Below the pieces are notes generated by a model. It was given only the letters and a program-made list of their open reading frames with translations. It ran no database searches and was not told where the DNA came from. A stretch of DNA of 62,794 nt, counting the filler, from Ionaspis alba (lineage: Eukaryota), in assembly GCA_964255285.1 (NCBI GenBank). It is 7 parts of 7 records of this genome, joined end to end, with 100 filler letters (N's around TTAATTAATTAA, not from the genome) between each part and the next. Parts side by side here need not be neighbours in the genome. Positions count along the whole stretch, not along the records: positions 53,950 to 62,794 come from CAXUUL010000699.1; 6 more parts are not named here. One strand, given 5' to 3'. Below, in pieces: positions 61,876 to 62,794 of this stretch (position 1 is its first letter; the number at the start of each line of letters is the position of its first letter). The position numbers and the translations under genes were made by a program.

Positions 61876-62794
61876 TGTCCGACCTGTGCAAATGTATAGT
61901 GCAACAGGGATACTTCAGTGTTCGTGAGAGCGAGAGTGAATCTTCCTGCGCCAGTGTCAAGACACTTCCACCGCCTTTCATTCATGAAATTTGGGAACCG
62001 GGTATGCGACTTTATGTTCTGCTTTTTGAGTGCTGTTTGATCTTTCTCTTGCTGGCTTTCATAGGCCGCCTAGCGATTTTTCGAGCAGAGGGAGGACCGA
62101 GAGTTGTAAGACGGAGCTAATTTGAAGGCCCAGGGCCTCTAGGAGGCAGTCCGCGATATACTAGAACCTGGATAATGCGACGCTAGAGCAGAAGACAGTG
62201 TATAGTCTTGTTACTTGATCTGATACCTGGACAAGATGATAGCCTCGTTCGCTTTGTCCACACTCGCGGACAGCACATCGATCTTGTGGAGTGATTGGAG
62301 CTGGTAATGCCGACGAGAACCTCAGACGTCGAATTGCCCCAAGCAGTTCCTTGTTGAAGAAGGTTGTAGCCACCGGTGACCTGGGTAAAGGTGGGATTAC
62401 GGTAACACAACGATAAACGCGAGTCAAAGGCTTGTGAAGGAGACAGAGGCAGATGACTCTCTGTGCGAGCCACAACCGTGGAAAGCCGAGTCGAAGAACA
62501 ACGAGTCGAGATCGGAATCGCCCGAGCAGGATACGGTGAATACTGGTCAGCCGTTTGTCGCGATCTAAGAACAGGAGGGAATGGCGACGGTGAAGAAAAG
62601 AAAAGAAAAGAATGACGGGGGGAGGGTAAGATGGGAGAGTGAAGCGAATGGTGGGATATATTGGGATGGAAGAAGGTGAGCGGTCTTCTCTTCTTCTAAC
62701 TCTTCTCAGGCACGAATCGACGCACAAGGCAGGGCAGGGCAACTAAGGGTCTGACCGGGATGGAGGGGCTGCGCGCACAAGACCAAATCCTTTA

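Noticed and set aside
62161..62742. 193-aa minus-strand ORF
   Set aside because: Pyrimidine-tract-derived low complexity; more likely the 5' leader or promoter of the Med15-like gene.

Overview
Nuclear DNA of a filamentous ascomycete (Pezizomycotina): short GT-AG introns with CTRAC branch sites and about 23 mostly housekeeping genes or gene fragments. These include a Kelch-type membrane protein, an Ssp1/Sak1-type kinase, a Ccc2-type Cu-ATPase, RMD8, an SDR, kynureninase, RPS14, an MBL-fold hydrolase, an LRR protein, RAX2, OGG1, U2AF65, a PPR protein, a Con7 C2H2 factor, FOL3, SepH/Cdc15, an SLC35F6-like transporter, an ankyrin protein and a Med15-like protein. The window is not one locus. It is seven contigs of about 8.9 kb in strictly decreasing length order, joined by artificial N44-TTAATTAATTAA-N44 linkers, so gene neighbourhood across linkers means nothing. 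I found no CRISPR array, RNA gene, transposon, biosynthetic cluster or supportable novel multi-gene system. The main unexplained signals are (i) recurrent local C/A-rich to G/T-rich strand-skew inversions that ignore gene orientation, (ii) a non-canonical in-frame GC-AG first intron in U2AF65, (iii) three non-consensus donors and a branch-site hairpin in RPS14, and (iv) an intron-containing ankyrin protein resembling bacterial ones. All family calls come from my recognition of motifs, not from database searches. Intron coordinates were read by eye.
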